Shown: piece by piece, positions 19,155-29,179 of the stretch
How the letters are laid out: each line of letters starts with the position of its first letter
Position numbering within the stretch: the first letter of the stretch is position 1
DNA from: Alphaproteobacteria bacterium
GTDB taxonomy: Bacteria; Pseudomonadota; Alphaproteobacteria; SP197
Direction: 5' to 3'
DNA length: 64,000 nucleotides
Assembly (NCBI GenBank): GCA_964291265.2
Contig: OZ219747.1
Location: forward strand, 960,001 to 1,024,000
Position numbers and translations under genes: made by a program
The notes under the pieces: model-generated
What the model saw: only the letters and a program-made list of their open reading frames with translations
Database searches by the model: none
What the model was told of the DNA's origin: nothing

Positions 19155-20720
19155 TCATGCGGCCTCGGCGCGGATGTCGAGGAGGTTGCGCGCCTCGCGC
19201 CCGCAGGCCACGCCGATGAGGTGGACCGGGCCGGCGTGGTCGCGGTAGGTCTCGGCATAGCCCCGCTCGCGCATCTGCGCCAGCGCCGCATCCAGCGCCG
19301 CAGCGCCGTCCCCCTCGCCCTCGGCCATCTTGAACTCCAGCACGAAGACCTGACCGCCGAGGCGCACCATCATGTCCGCACGGCCGCGATGCGAGGCCTC
19401 CTCCACATCGAAGTCCACCCCGACCGAACGCAGGCACATGTAGAGAAGGCTCGCATACCAGGCCTCGTAGCGCGCCAGGTCGCCCTTCGCGTGCCACTGG
19501 TAGGGAATGCCCGCAAGCCAGGCGCGGAGCTTCTCGCCGAAGCCAGCGAAGTCGTTCGCCTCCAGCAGGGCGCAGAACTCGCGGCCCCGCTCCAGCGGCT
19601 CGACGCCCTTCCTGCTCAGCCAGGCAAGCAGTCCGCGGTTCAGGCTGATGCGGACCTCGAGGTTGGGATAGTCCAGCCGGTAGAGAGCGTCGAACTCGTC
19701 CTGCACTTCCTCGGCGATGGTCAGGTAGCCGGTCTGGAAGAGCAGCGCCTCAATGGCGATGTCGTCGACATCGAACTTGGAGACCAGGGACGTGCCCGCC
19801 AACCGCCCCTCCAGTTCCATCGGGCTCACCGACTTCTCCATCAGCATGCGGAACAGGAAGTCAGGAGACCCGGTCTCGAACCAGTAGGGGCGGAACTCGC
19901 GGCGCCGCAGAAACAGCAACACATCGTAGGGGTTGTAGACCCGCTCCCCGCTCCGCCAGTGGTAGCCGTTGTACCAGGTGCGGATCTTCCCGCGGTCCAG
20001 TCCGACAAGCTCAGGCCCGAACACACGGTCGAGGTCCTCCTCGCGGTAACCGCAGATCGTGGCGAAGCGCGGATCGAGACTGATGTCCTCGAGATTGTTG
20101 AGCCCCGAGAACAGGCTGACTTTGGAGAACATGCTGACGCCGGTGACGAAGGCGAAACGGACGTGCTTGGCGCTGCCCTTGACGATGCCGTAGAAGCCGC
20201 GCAGGTAGTCCCGGTTGGCCCTCGCGAGCTCGGGATCGTGGAGCACATCGAGGATCGGCTTGTCGTACTCGTCCACCAGCACCACCACCTGCCGGCCGGT
20301 GACGCAACGCAGGTGATAGAGGACATTCTGCAGACGCTCCGGACCCGTGTTGGCGACCGGTACTTTGTCGAGGCCGGCGCCATGTTCGATGATCGCCAGC
20401 TGGTTGAGGATGTTGCGCTCGATGTCTTCGGGTTCGTTGTACTTTCCGTCGAAGCTCAGCCGCACCACCGGATGCGGCGCCGACCAGTCCCAGTGGGGGT
20501 GGATGTCCAGGCCCCGGAACAGGGGTTCGTGGCAGGCAAACAGCGATCCCAGGGTGTCAAGCAGCAGGCTCTTGCCGAAACGGCGCGGACGCGACAGGAA
20601 GTAGTGGCGCCCCTCGTCCACCAGACGCCGGACGAGCGAGGTCTTGTCGACGTAGTAGAAGTCCTCGCTGCGGATCGTCGGAAAGTCCTGGATCCCGATC
20701 GGCAGACGGCGGCGGCTCAT
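19155..20720 (-). CDS. AAA-ATPase + PD-(D/E)XK nuclease, copy 2
   Basis: Same motifs as copy 1. Start set to MSRRRLPIG at 20720 by homology and RBS. Confidence 0.92.
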   Translation of the reverse strand: MSRRRLPIGIQDFPTIRSEDFYYVDKTSLVRRLVDEGRHYFLSRPRRFGKSLLLDTLGSLFACHEPLFRGLDIHPHWDWSAPHPVVRLSFDGKYNEPEDIERNILNQLAIIEHGAGLDKVPVANTGPERLQNVLYHLRCVTGRQVVVLVDEYDKPILDVLHDPELARANRDYLRGFYGIVKGSAKHVRFAFVTGVSMFSKVSLFSGLNNLEDISLDPRFATICGYREEDLDRVFGPELVGLDRGKIRTWYNGYHWRSGERVYNPYDVLLFLRRREFRPYWFETGSPDFLFRMLMEKSVSPMELEGRLAGTSLVSKFDVDDIAIEALLFQTGYLTIAEEVQDEFDALYRLDYPNLEVRISLNRGLLAWLSRKGVEPLERGREFCALLEANDFAGFGEKLRAWLAGIPYQWHAKGDLARYEAWYASLLYMCLRSVGVDFDVEEASHRGRADMMVRLGGQVFVLEFKMAEGEGDGAAALDAALAQMRERGYAETYRDHAGPVHLIGVACGREARNLLDIRAEAA

Positions 20721-20828
20721 CGGTCTCTCCCTTCGCGGCGCCGGAACCTGCGGCTGAGGCGGGGGCGCGGGACCTCCCGTGTCGTGGCTCAGAATGTCCC
20801 GGAACGGCAACGCCTGAACACAACGGCC

Positions 20829-20857
20829 ACGCTATCCGCCCGCCTGTTCATGAGCAA
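20829..20857 (-). promoter_or_regulatory. Putative sigma70 promoter of copy 2
   Basis: TTGCTC-N17-TAGCGT. Confidence 0.5.
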
Positions 20858-21091
20858 GGGAGAGGTACGACCAGGGCCAACATGAAGGGCAACCCGCAGC
20901 CGTTGAAGGCACCGTTCAGCTTGGCAACCCGGAGGCTCATGCTGCGAAGCGGCGCCGAGCATCGAAAGGCGCCTTGCAGCGTGAGCCGTTCGGCCCTGTC
21001 CTTCGAGAATGCCGTATCGGCCGGGAGAGGTTCGGCGGAAGGATCCGGAATGGGTCGCTTCGTGGTGTGGGCAGGCGTTCGCGGGTCCCGT

Positions 21092-22657
21092 TCATGCGGT
21101 CTCGGCGCGGATGTCGAGGAGGTTGCGCGCCTCGCGCCCGCAGGCCACGCCGACGAGGTGGACCGGGCCGGCGTGGTCGCGGTAGGTCTCGGCATAGCCC
21201 CGCTCGCGCATCTGCGCCAGCGCCGCATCCAGCGCCGCAGCGCCGTCCCCCTCGCCCTCGGCCATCTTGAACTCCAGCACGAAGACCTGACCGCCGAGGC
21301 GCACCACCATGTCCGCACGGCCGCGGTGCGAGGCCTCCTCCACGTCGAAGTCCACCCCGACCGAACGCAGACACATATAGAGAAGACCCGCATACCAGGC
21401 CTCGTAGCGCGCCAGGTCGCCCTTCGCATGCCACTGGTAGGGAATGCCCGCAAGCCAGGCGCGGAGCTTCTCGCCGAAGCCGGCGAAGTCGTTCGTCTCC
21501 AGCAGGGCGCAGAACTCGCGGCCCCGCTCCAGCGGCTCGACGCCCTTGCTGCCCAGCCAGGCAAGCAGTTCGTCGTTGAGGCTGAGCCGGACCTCGAGGT
21601 TGGGATAGTCCAGCCGGTAGAGGGTCCTGTGGCCCTGCTTCTCCTCCCCCGCAATGGTCAGGTAGCCGGTCTGGAAGAGCAGGGCCTCGATGGCGATGTC
21701 GTCGACATCGAACTTCGAGACCAGGGACGTGCCCGCCAGCCGCCCCTCCAGTTCCATCGGACTCACCGACTTCTCCATCAGCATGCGGAACAGGAAGTTC
21801 GGCGACCCGGTCTCGAACCAGTAGGGACGAAACTCACGGCTGTCGAGCAGCAGGAGCACGTCATAGGGATTGTAGACCCGCTCCCCGCCCCGCCAGTGGT
21901 AGCCGTTGTACCAGGTGCGGATCTCCTCGCGGTCCAGTCCGGCAAGCTCAGGCCCGAACACACGGTCGAGATCCTCCTCGCGGTAGCCGCAGATCGTGGC
22001 GAAGCGCGAATCAAGACTGATGTCCTTCAGGTTGTTGAGACCCGAGAACAGGCTGACTTTCGAGAACATGCTGACGCCGGTGACGAAGACGAAGCGGACA
22101 TGTTCGGCGCTGTCCTTGACGATGCCGTAGAAGCCGCGCAGGTAGTCCCGGTTGGCCCTCGCGAGTTCGGGATCGTGGAGCACGTCAAGGATCGGCTTGT
22201 CGTACTCGTCCACCAGCACCACCACCTGCCGGCCGGTGGCGCAACGCAGGTGATAGAGGACATTCTGCAAACGCTCCGGACCCGTGTTGGCGACCGGCAC
22301 CTCGTCGAGGCCGGCGCCATGTTCGATGATCGCCAGCTGGTTGAGAATGTTGCGCTCGATGTCCCCGGGTTCGTTGTACTTGCCGCCGAAGCTCAGCCGC
22401 ACCACCGGATGCGGCGCCGACCAGTCCCAGTGGGGATGGATGTCCAGGCCCCGGAACAGGGGTTCGTGGCAGGCAAAGAGCGACCGCAGGGTGTCGAGCA
22501 ACAGGCTCTTGCCGAAGCGGCGCGGGCGGGACAGGAAGTAGTGGCGCCCCTCGTCCACCAGACGCCGGACGAGCGAGGTCTTGTCGACGTAGTAGAAGTC
22601 CTCGCTGCGGATCGTCGGAAAGTCCTGGATCCCGATCGGAAGACGGCGACGGCTCAT
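21092..22657 (-). CDS. AAA-ATPase + PD-(D/E)XK nuclease, copy 3
   Basis: Same motifs; 521 aa. Confidence 0.92.
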   Translation of the reverse strand: MSRRRLPIGIQDFPTIRSEDFYYVDKTSLVRRLVDEGRHYFLSRPRRFGKSLLLDTLRSLFACHEPLFRGLDIHPHWDWSAPHPVVRLSFGGKYNEPGDIERNILNQLAIIEHGAGLDEVPVANTGPERLQNVLYHLRCATGRQVVVLVDEYDKPILDVLHDPELARANRDYLRGFYGIVKDSAEHVRFVFVTGVSMFSKVSLFSGLNNLKDISLDSRFATICGYREEDLDRVFGPELAGLDREEIRTWYNGYHWRGGERVYNPYDVLLLLDSREFRPYWFETGSPNFLFRMLMEKSVSPMELEGRLAGTSLVSKFDVDDIAIEALLFQTGYLTIAGEEKQGHRTLYRLDYPNLEVRLSLNDELLAWLGSKGVEPLERGREFCALLETNDFAGFGEKLRAWLAGIPYQWHAKGDLARYEAWYAGLLYMCLRSVGVDFDVEEASHRGRADMVVRLGGQVFVLEFKMAEGEGDGAAALDAALAQMRERGYAETYRDHAGPVHLVGVACGREARNLLDIRAETA

Positions 22658-22765
22658 CGGTCTCTCCCTTCGCGGCGCCGGAACCTGCGGCTGAGGCGGG
22701 GGCGCGGAACCTCCCCTGTCATGGCTCCGAATGTCCCGGAACGGTCACGCCTGAACACAACGGCC

Positions 22766-22794
22766 ACGCTATCTGCCCGCCTGTCCATGAGCAA
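22766..22794 (-). promoter_or_regulatory. Putative sigma70 promoter of copy 3
   Basis: TTGCTC-N17-TAGCGT. Confidence 0.5.
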
Positions 22795-23027
22795 GGGAGA
22801 GGTACGACCAGGGCGAACATGAAGGGCAACCCGCAGCGGTTGAAGCACTGTTCAGCTTGGCAACCCGGAGGCTCATGCTGCGAAGCGGCGCCGAGCATCG
22901 AAAGGCGCCTTGCAGCGTGAGCCGTTCGGCCCTGTCCTTCGAGAATGCCGTATCGGCCGGGAGAGGTTCGGTGCAAGGATCCGGTATGGGGCGCGTCGTG
23001 GTGCGGATAGGCGTTCACGGGTCCCGC

Positions 23028-24593
23028 TCATGCGATCTCGGCGCGGATGTCGAGGAGGTTGCGCGCCTCGCGTCCGCAGGCCACGCCGACGAGGTGGACC
23101 GGGCCGGCGTGATCGCGGTAGGTCTCGGCATAGCCACGCTCGCGCATCTGCGCCAGCGCCGCATCCAGCGCCGCAGCGTCGTCCCCCTCGCCCTCGGCCA
23201 TCTTGAACTCCAGCACGAAGACCTGACCGCCGAGGCGCACCACCATGTCCGCACGGCCGCGGTGCGAGGCCTCCTCCACGTCGAAGTCCACCCCGACCGA
23301 ACGCAGGCACATGTAGAGAAGGCTCGCATACCAGGCCTCGTAGCGCGCCAGGTCGCCCTTCGCATGCCACTGGTAGGGAATGCCCGCAAGCCAGGCGCGG
23401 AGCTTCTCGCCGAAGCCGGCGAAGTCGTTCGTCTCCAGCAGGGCGCAGAACTCGCGGCCCCGCTCCAGCGGCTCGACCCCCTTCCTGCTCAGCCAGGCAA
23501 GCAGTTCGTCGTTGAGGCTGAGCCGGACCTCGAGGTTGGGATAGTCCAGCCGGTAGAGGGTCCTGTGGCCCTGCTTCTCCTCCCCCGCAATGGTCAGGTA
23601 GCCGGTCTGGAAGAGCAGGGCCTCGATGGCGATGTCGTCGACATCGAACTTCGAGACCAGGGACGTGCCCGCCAGCCGTCCCTCCAGTTCCATCGGACTC
23701 ACCGACTTCTCCATCAGCATGCGGAACAGGAAGTTCGGCGACCCGGTCTCGAACCAGTAGGGGCGAAACTCGCGGTGCCGCAGGAACAGCAGCACGTCAT
23801 AGGGATTGTAGACCCGCTCCCCGCCCCGCCAGTGGTAGCCGTTGTACCAGGTGCGGATCTCCTCGCGGTCCAGTCCGACAAGCTCAGGCCCGAACACACG
23901 GTCAAGATCCTCCTCGCGGTAGCCGCAGATCGTGGCGAAGCGCCGATCGAGGCTGATGTCCTTCAGGTTGTTGAGCCCCGAGAACAGGCTGACTTTCGAG
24001 AACATGCTGACACCGGTGACGAAGACGAAGCGGACATGTTCGGCGCTGTCCTTGACGATGCCGTAGAAGCCGCGCAGGTAGTCCCGGTTGGCCGTCGCAA
24101 GACCGGGATCGTGGAGCACGTCGAGGATCGGCTTGTCGTACTCGTCCACCAGCACCACCACCTGCCGGCCGGTGGCGCAACGCAGGTGATAGAGGACATT
24201 CTGCAAACGCTCCGGACCCGTGTTGGCGACCGGCACCTCGTCGAGGCCGGCGCCATGTTCGATGATCGCCAGCTGGTTGAGAATGTTGCGCTCGATGTCC
24301 CCGGGTTCGTTGTATTTGCCGCCGAAGCTCAGCCGCACCACCGGATGCGGCGCCGACCAGTCCCAGTGGGGGTGGATGGCGAGTCCCCGGAACAGGGGTT
24401 CGTGGCAGGCAAACAGCGACCGCAGGGTGTCGAGCAGCAGGCTCTTGCCGAAACGGCGCGGACGCGACAGGAAGTAGTGGTCACCCTGCTCGACCAAGTC
24501 CCGGATGAGAGGGGTCTTGTCGACATAGTAGCTGCCGGTCTCCCGGAGGCGCCGGAAGTCCTGGATCCCGATCGGAAGACGGTGGCGGCTCAT
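23028..24593 (-). CDS. AAA-ATPase + PD-(D/E)XK nuclease, copy 4
   Basis: Same motifs, with a distinct N-terminal block. Confidence 0.92.
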   Translation of the reverse strand: MSRHRLPIGIQDFRRLRETGSYYVDKTPLIRDLVEQGDHYFLSRPRRFGKSLLLDTLRSLFACHEPLFRGLAIHPHWDWSAPHPVVRLSFGGKYNEPGDIERNILNQLAIIEHGAGLDEVPVANTGPERLQNVLYHLRCATGRQVVVLVDEYDKPILDVLHDPGLATANRDYLRGFYGIVKDSAEHVRFVFVTGVSMFSKVSLFSGLNNLKDISLDRRFATICGYREEDLDRVFGPELVGLDREEIRTWYNGYHWRGGERVYNPYDVLLFLRHREFRPYWFETGSPNFLFRMLMEKSVSPMELEGRLAGTSLVSKFDVDDIAIEALLFQTGYLTIAGEEKQGHRTLYRLDYPNLEVRLSLNDELLAWLSRKGVEPLERGREFCALLETNDFAGFGEKLRAWLAGIPYQWHAKGDLARYEAWYASLLYMCLRSVGVDFDVEEASHRGRADMVVRLGGQVFVLEFKMAEGEGDDAAALDAALAQMRERGYAETYRDHAGPVHLVGVACGREARNLLDIRAEIA

Positions 24594-24701
24594 CGGTCTC
24601 TCCCCTCGCGGCGCCGGGACCTGTGGCCAGGCGGGATGCGCGGAACCTCCCCTGTCGTGGCTCCGAACGTCACGGAACGGCCGCGCCTGAACACAACGCC
24701 C

Positions 24702-24730
24702 ACGCTATCCGCCTGCCTGTCCATGGGCAA
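24702..24730 (-). promoter_or_regulatory. Putative sigma70 promoter of copy 4
   Basis: TTGCCC-N17-TAGCGT. Confidence 0.5.
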
Positions 24731-24872
24731 GGGACAGATACGACCAGGACGAAGATGAAGGGCAACCCGTAGTCGCCAGAACCGTTCAGCTTCGATCGAG
24801 ATCTGGAAACCCATGTCGGGGAACAGCGCCGCGGGTCGAAAGGCGCCTTGCAGCGTGAGCCGTTCGGCCCCG

Positions 24873-25055
24873 CAGGGCCTTATCCGTTGTCGTCCCGGCG
24901 ATCGACGCATGCTGATTTGGCTGAACATTCAGTTCTCGCTGCGGCAGTGTGCCGGCCATGACGACGCTTGCGACCCCGGATTCCTCCATCGACCTTGGCG
25001 AGGTGACGGTGCGCCTGAACCGCGGCGCACGTGAGCACCGGCTCCGGGTCCGTGG
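24873..25055 (+). mobile_element. 5' remnant of a DUF4338-ISAs1 element
   Basis: Starts CAGGGC...TTGTCGTCCCGGCG and aligns with 36539-36725, including ATGACGACGCTTG. Confidence 0.8.
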
Positions 25056-25648
25056 CTGAACGTGTGTGATCGAGGCTGGAAGCCGATCAGGGCGACGTCA
25101 GTGAAGGGAGGGAAACCGGTAGCAGGAATCAGCATGCCCGCGCCCTCCGGTTCTTCGTGTTGCGCCATGGCGACGAGGCCAGGCAGAGAGCGTCCCGTCA
25201 ACACGACGATCGGCAACCAGCCAGAGGCAGTGACGATCAAGGTGATCATGACGTCACTCCGTGCTTCATTGCCATGCGGTCACGGCGATGTCCGCTTCTC
25301 CGCACAGGGGGCATGTCGGTATCGACGGCAGGCCTGCGGGTGACACCCGACAAGTGACCGACCGGAGCCATGACGCGGGTATGCGGATGGTCGGACTCAA
25401 TGACCGACCCTGCTCCAGAACAACGGGTCGGGAAAGTGCATCACGTGGCAGGGACAGGCAACGGAGAATCAGGGGGTGCCGCGTCCGGCAACGGGACAAT
25501 CGCTCCATTGAACGGGCTCGTGCCGGCAGGGGAGATTCGGGTCCAGCGGACTTGTGAAGCGGAATGCGGGTCGTGTATGGTCCGGCTCGCCCGAACCGGT
25601 GGACCGGACCGGTCCGCCTGCGGGGTGAATGTCCGGAGGAGAGTCACA

Positions 25649-26482
25649 TTGACACCGTTCCTCATGGTGGTCGTCCTGATGGCCGCCGTTCATGCAGCAC
25701 CGGCCCTGGCCCAGGAAACAGTGGGCATGCCGGAGGACTGGCAGTGGGGTTTCCAGCCGGCGGCGTCGCCGAGCATGGACGATGTCCACTGGTTCTACGA
25801 TGTCTTCCTGTTTCCGGTGATGATGGTCATCTCGGTCTTCGTGCTGCTGCTCATGGCCTACATCCTCTTCCGCTACCGGCGTGCCGCCAGTCCGCAACCT
25901 TCCGGCACCACCCACAACAGTCTTCTCGAGGTGGTCTGGACGGGGATTCCGGCGCTCATCCTGATCGTCATCGCCATTCCCTCCCTGCGCCTTCTCCATG
26001 ACCAGGAAACCCTGCCGGTGGCGGAACCGGATCTCACCATCAAGATCACGGGTCACCAGTGGTACTGGTCCTACGAGTACCCGGATTTCGATGGGCTGGA
26101 GTTCGATGCCTACATTCTGGGTGATGACGAACTCGCGGAGGGCCAGCCGCGGCTGCTTGCCACCGACTCGACGGTGATGGTGCCGGTCGACAGGTACATC
26201 AGGCTTCAGATCACGTCCGACGATGTCATCCATGCCTGGGCCCTGCCGGCGGCCGGGGTCAAGATGGATGCCGTTCCGGGTCGCCTCAACGAGATCTGGA
26301 TGAAGATCGACCAGCCGGGCATGTACTACGGACAGTGTTCGGAACTGTGCGGTCTCAACCACGGCTACATGCCGATCATGGTCGAGGCCGTGTCCGAAGC
26401 CGAGTTCGGGACATGGGCGAACGAGCAGCTGGCACGTCGCGGGACGGCTGATGAGGCGGTCGTGACTGTCGCGCAGAACTGA
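25649..26482 (+). CDS. coxB: Cytochrome c oxidase subunit II
   Basis: [16 protein letters not shown] and CuA motif [15 protein letters not shown] start behind GGAGG. Confidence 0.95.
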   Translation: MTPFLMVVVLMAAVHAAPALAQETVGMPEDWQWGFQPAASPSMDDVHWFYDVFLFPVMMVISVFVLLLMAYILFRYRRAASPQPSGTTHNSLLEVVWTGIPALILIVIAIPSLRLLHDQETLPVAEPDLTIKITGHQWYWSYEYPDFDGLEFDAYILGDDELAEGQPRLLATDSTVMVPVDRYIRLQITSDDVIHAWALPAAGVKMDAVPGRLNEIWMKIDQPGMYYGQCSELCGLNHGYMPIMVEAVSEAEFGTWANEQLARRGTADEAVVTVAQN

Positions 26483-26522
26483 ACATTCCGACGAGGCGAA
26501 GCCCTGCAAGGACACCGAAGAG

Positions 26523-28139
26523 ATGAGTCAAGCCCACGCGATCGAAGACGACCACGCGCACCAGCCCACGGGGTTCCTGCGCTACCTCTACTCCACGAAC
26601 CACAAGGACATCGGGACGATGTACATCGTCTACGGGTTCGTGTTCGGCCTGATCGGCTTCCTGATGTCGATGCTCATCCGCATCGAACTGGCCCATCCCG
26701 GCGACGGCATCCTGGGTGGCGACTATCACCTCTACAACGTGCTCATCACGAGCCACGGACTGATCATGATCTTCTTCATGATCATGCCGGTGTTCATCGG
26801 TGGATTCGGCAACTGGATGGTGCCGATGATGATCGGCGCTCCCGACATGGCCTTCCCGCGGATGAACAACATCAGTTTCTGGCTGCTCATCCCGTCAGGG
26901 ATCCTGCTCGTGGGGTCGGTGTTCATCGGTGGAGGCACAGGTGTCGGCTGGACGATCTATGCGCCGCTGTCGACCTACGGCAACCAGGGGAACCTGGCGA
27001 TCGACTGCCTGATCCTGTCGATCCACCTTGCCGGTGCATCGTCGATTCTGGGAGCGGTCAACTTCATCACCACCATCTTCAACATGCGTGCGCCGGGCAT
27101 GACGCTTCACCGCATGCCGCTCTTCGTGTGGGCGGTTCTCGTGACTGCCTTCCTGCTGGTGCTGTCGCTGCCGGTGCTGGCCGGCGCCATCACCATGCTG
27201 CTGACGGACCGCAATTTCGGCACCGGCTTCTTCGACCCGGCCCTGGGCGGTGACCCCGTTCTCTATCAGCACCTCTTCTGGTTCTTCGGCCATCCGGAGG
27301 TCTACATCCTCATCCTTCCGGGGTTCGGCATCGTCAGCCACATCATCTCGACCTTCTCGCGCAAGCCGATCTTCGGCTATCTCGGCATGGCCTACGCCAT
27401 GGTCGCCATCGGCTTCGTCGGATTCGTCGTCTGGGCCCATCACATGTACACGGTGGGCATGGGGGTGGACACCAAGGCCTATTTCATCATTGCGACAATG
27501 ATCATCGCCGTGCCCACGGGCATCAAGATCTTCAGCTGGCTTGCCACCATGTGGGGCGGTTCCATCGAGTTCAGGACACCGATGCTGTGGGCCCTGGGCT
27601 TCATCTTCCTGTTCACGGTGGGTGGCGTGACAGGCGTCCTGCTGGCCAATGCCGGTATCGACACGGCCATGCACGATACCTATTACGTGGTGGCGCACTT
27701 CCACTACGTGCTGTCGCTCGGCGCCGTCTTCGCCCTCTTTGGCGGCTTCTATTACTGGATCGGCAAGATGAGCGGATACCAGTACCCCGAATGGGCCGGC
27801 CAGTTGCATTTCTGGACCACCCTGATCGGCGTCAACGTCACCTTCTTCCCGCAGCATTTTCTCGGAATGGCGGGCATGCCGCGGAGAATTCCCGACTATC
27901 CGGACGCCTATGCCGGGTGGAATCTGGTGTCTTCCATCGGTTCCTACATCACGGCTGCCGGCATGCTGGTGTTCCTCTACGTGCTCTACAGCGTCTTCGT
28001 GGCCAGCCGTGTGCGCTGTCCCGCCAATCCCTGGGGCGAAGGGGCCACGACACTGGAATGGACGGTGTCCTCGCCTCCACCCTTCCATACGTTCGAGGAC
28101 CCTCCCTACATGGGCGCCCAGGCCAGGGCGGGCCACTGA
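26523..28139 (+). CDS. coxA: Cytochrome c oxidase subunit I (aa3 type)
   Basis: [20 protein letters not shown] and AHFHY motifs. Confidence 0.98.
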   Translation: MSQAHAIEDDHAHQPTGFLRYLYSTNHKDIGTMYIVYGFVFGLIGFLMSMLIRIELAHPGDGILGGDYHLYNVLITSHGLIMIFFMIMPVFIGGFGNWMVPMMIGAPDMAFPRMNNISFWLLIPSGILLVGSVFIGGGTGVGWTIYAPLSTYGNQGNLAIDCLILSIHLAGASSILGAVNFITTIFNMRAPGMTLHRMPLFVWAVLVTAFLLVLSLPVLAGAITMLLTDRNFGTGFFDPALGGDPVLYQHLFWFFGHPEVYILILPGFGIVSHIISTFSRKPIFGYLGMAYAMVAIGFVGFVVWAHHMYTVGMGVDTKAYFIIATMIIAVPTGIKIFSWLATMWGGSIEFRTPMLWALGFIFLFTVGGVTGVLLANAGIDTAMHDTYYVVAHFHYVLSLGAVFALFGGFYYWIGKMSGYQYPEWAGQLHFWTTLIGVNVTFFPQHFLGMAGMPRRIPDYPDAYAGWNLVSSIGSYITAAGMLVFLYVLYSVFVASRVRCPANPWGEGATTLEWTVSSPPPFHTFEDPPYMGAQARAGH

Positions 28140-28154
28140 CGAGGGGGACTGACC

Positions 28155-29060
28155 CTGACCACGGATACCCGGGCAGCGTACCCGGCTGACACGCTCGCCG
28201 CGTCTCCGGGCGACTATCTTGCGCTCCTCAAGCCGAGGGTGATGTCGCTGGTGGTGTTCACCGGCGCCATCGGTCTCGTCGTTGCCGAGGGAAGCCTCCA
28301 TCCGTTCCTTGCCGTGGTGGCGCTCCTGTGCATTGCCCTGGGCGCCGGCGCCGCCGGGTGCATCAACATGTGGTACGAGCGCGATCTCGACGCCCTCATG
28401 CACAGAACGTGGCATCGACCCATCCCTGCGGGCCGGATTGCCGGGACCAGCGCCCTGGAGTTCGGCGCGACACTGGCCATGGCATCGGTCATGATGATGG
28501 GTGTGGCGGTCAACTGGATGGCCGCCGGCCTGCTGACCCTCGCCATTGCCTTCTATGTCTTCGTCTACACGGTGTGGCTCAAGCGCCGGACACCCTGGAA
28601 CATCGTCATCGGGGGCGCCGCCGGCGCCTTTCCCCCGGTGATCGGCGAAGCCGCCGTGACCGGAAGCGTGTCGGCCGCATCAATTGCCCTCTTTGCCATC
28701 ATCTTCATGTGGACTCCGCCGCACTTCTGGTCGCTCGCCCTCTATCGATCGGACGATTACCGCCGCGCCGGCATTCCGATGCTGCCGGTGGTCGCCGGGC
28801 CCGGGGCGACGCGCTGGCAGATCCTCGCCTACAGCGCTCTCATGATTCCGGTGTCGATGACCCCCTGGTTCATGGGCAGTGCCGGCGTCCTCTATGGCGC
28901 GGGGGCGGCCATTCTCTCGGTCATCTTCACGTGCGGCGCCATTGCCGTCCTTGTACACCGCAGCGAGATGTCCGCGCGCTGGATGTTCAGATACTCGATC
29001 TTCTATCTTGCGCTCGTCTTCGCACTCCTTGGCATCGATCACGGGGTCCGCTGGTCATGA
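28155..29060 (+). CDS. cyoE: Heme o synthase (protoheme IX farnesyltransferase); probable CTG start
   Basis: DYLALLKPRVM, LKRRTPWNIVIGG and WTPPHF motifs. Confidence 0.92.
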   Translation: MTTDTRAAYPADTLAASPGDYLALLKPRVMSLVVFTGAIGLVVAEGSLHPFLAVVALLCIALGAGAAGCINMWYERDLDALMHRTWHRPIPAGRIAGTSALEFGATLAMASVMMMGVAVNWMAAGLLTLAIAFYVFVYTVWLKRRTPWNIVIGGAAGAFPPVIGEAAVTGSVSAASIALFAIIFMWTPPHFWSLALYRSDDYRRAGIPMLPVVAGPGATRWQILAYSALMIPVSMTPWFMGSAGVLYGAGAAILSVIFTCGAIAVLVHRSEMSARWMFRYSIFYLALVFALLGIDHGVRWS

Positions 29061-29176
29061 CCGATTCCGAACGCATCAGGACACAGCGCCGCCGCCGGAG
29101 CGTCGTGATTGCCCTCGTGCTCGCCGCGTTCATCCTCGTCATCTACGGCGTCTCGATCATCAGGATGGGCGGCTGA
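29057..29176 (+). CDS. Small membrane protein of the cox operon (CoxF-like, 39 aa)
   Basis: ATGA overlap with cyoE; MTDSERIRTQRRRRSVVIALVL...; typical position between cyoE and coxG. Confidence 0.75.
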   Translation: MTDSERIRTQRRRRSVVIALVLAAFILVIYGVSIIRMGG

Positions 29177-29179
29177 GCC

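Noticed and set aside
19053-24758. Long plus-strand ORFs (610-646 aa) opposite the ATPase-nuclease genes
   Set aside because: Antisense shadow ORFs typical of high-GC codon usage; no recognisable domain apart from the integrase fragment.
17160-24870. The array as a diversity-generating retroelement, shufflon or integron
   Set aside because: No reverse transcriptase, intact invertase or integrase, inverted crossover sites or attC hairpins were seen; differences are block swaps, not adenine-specific.
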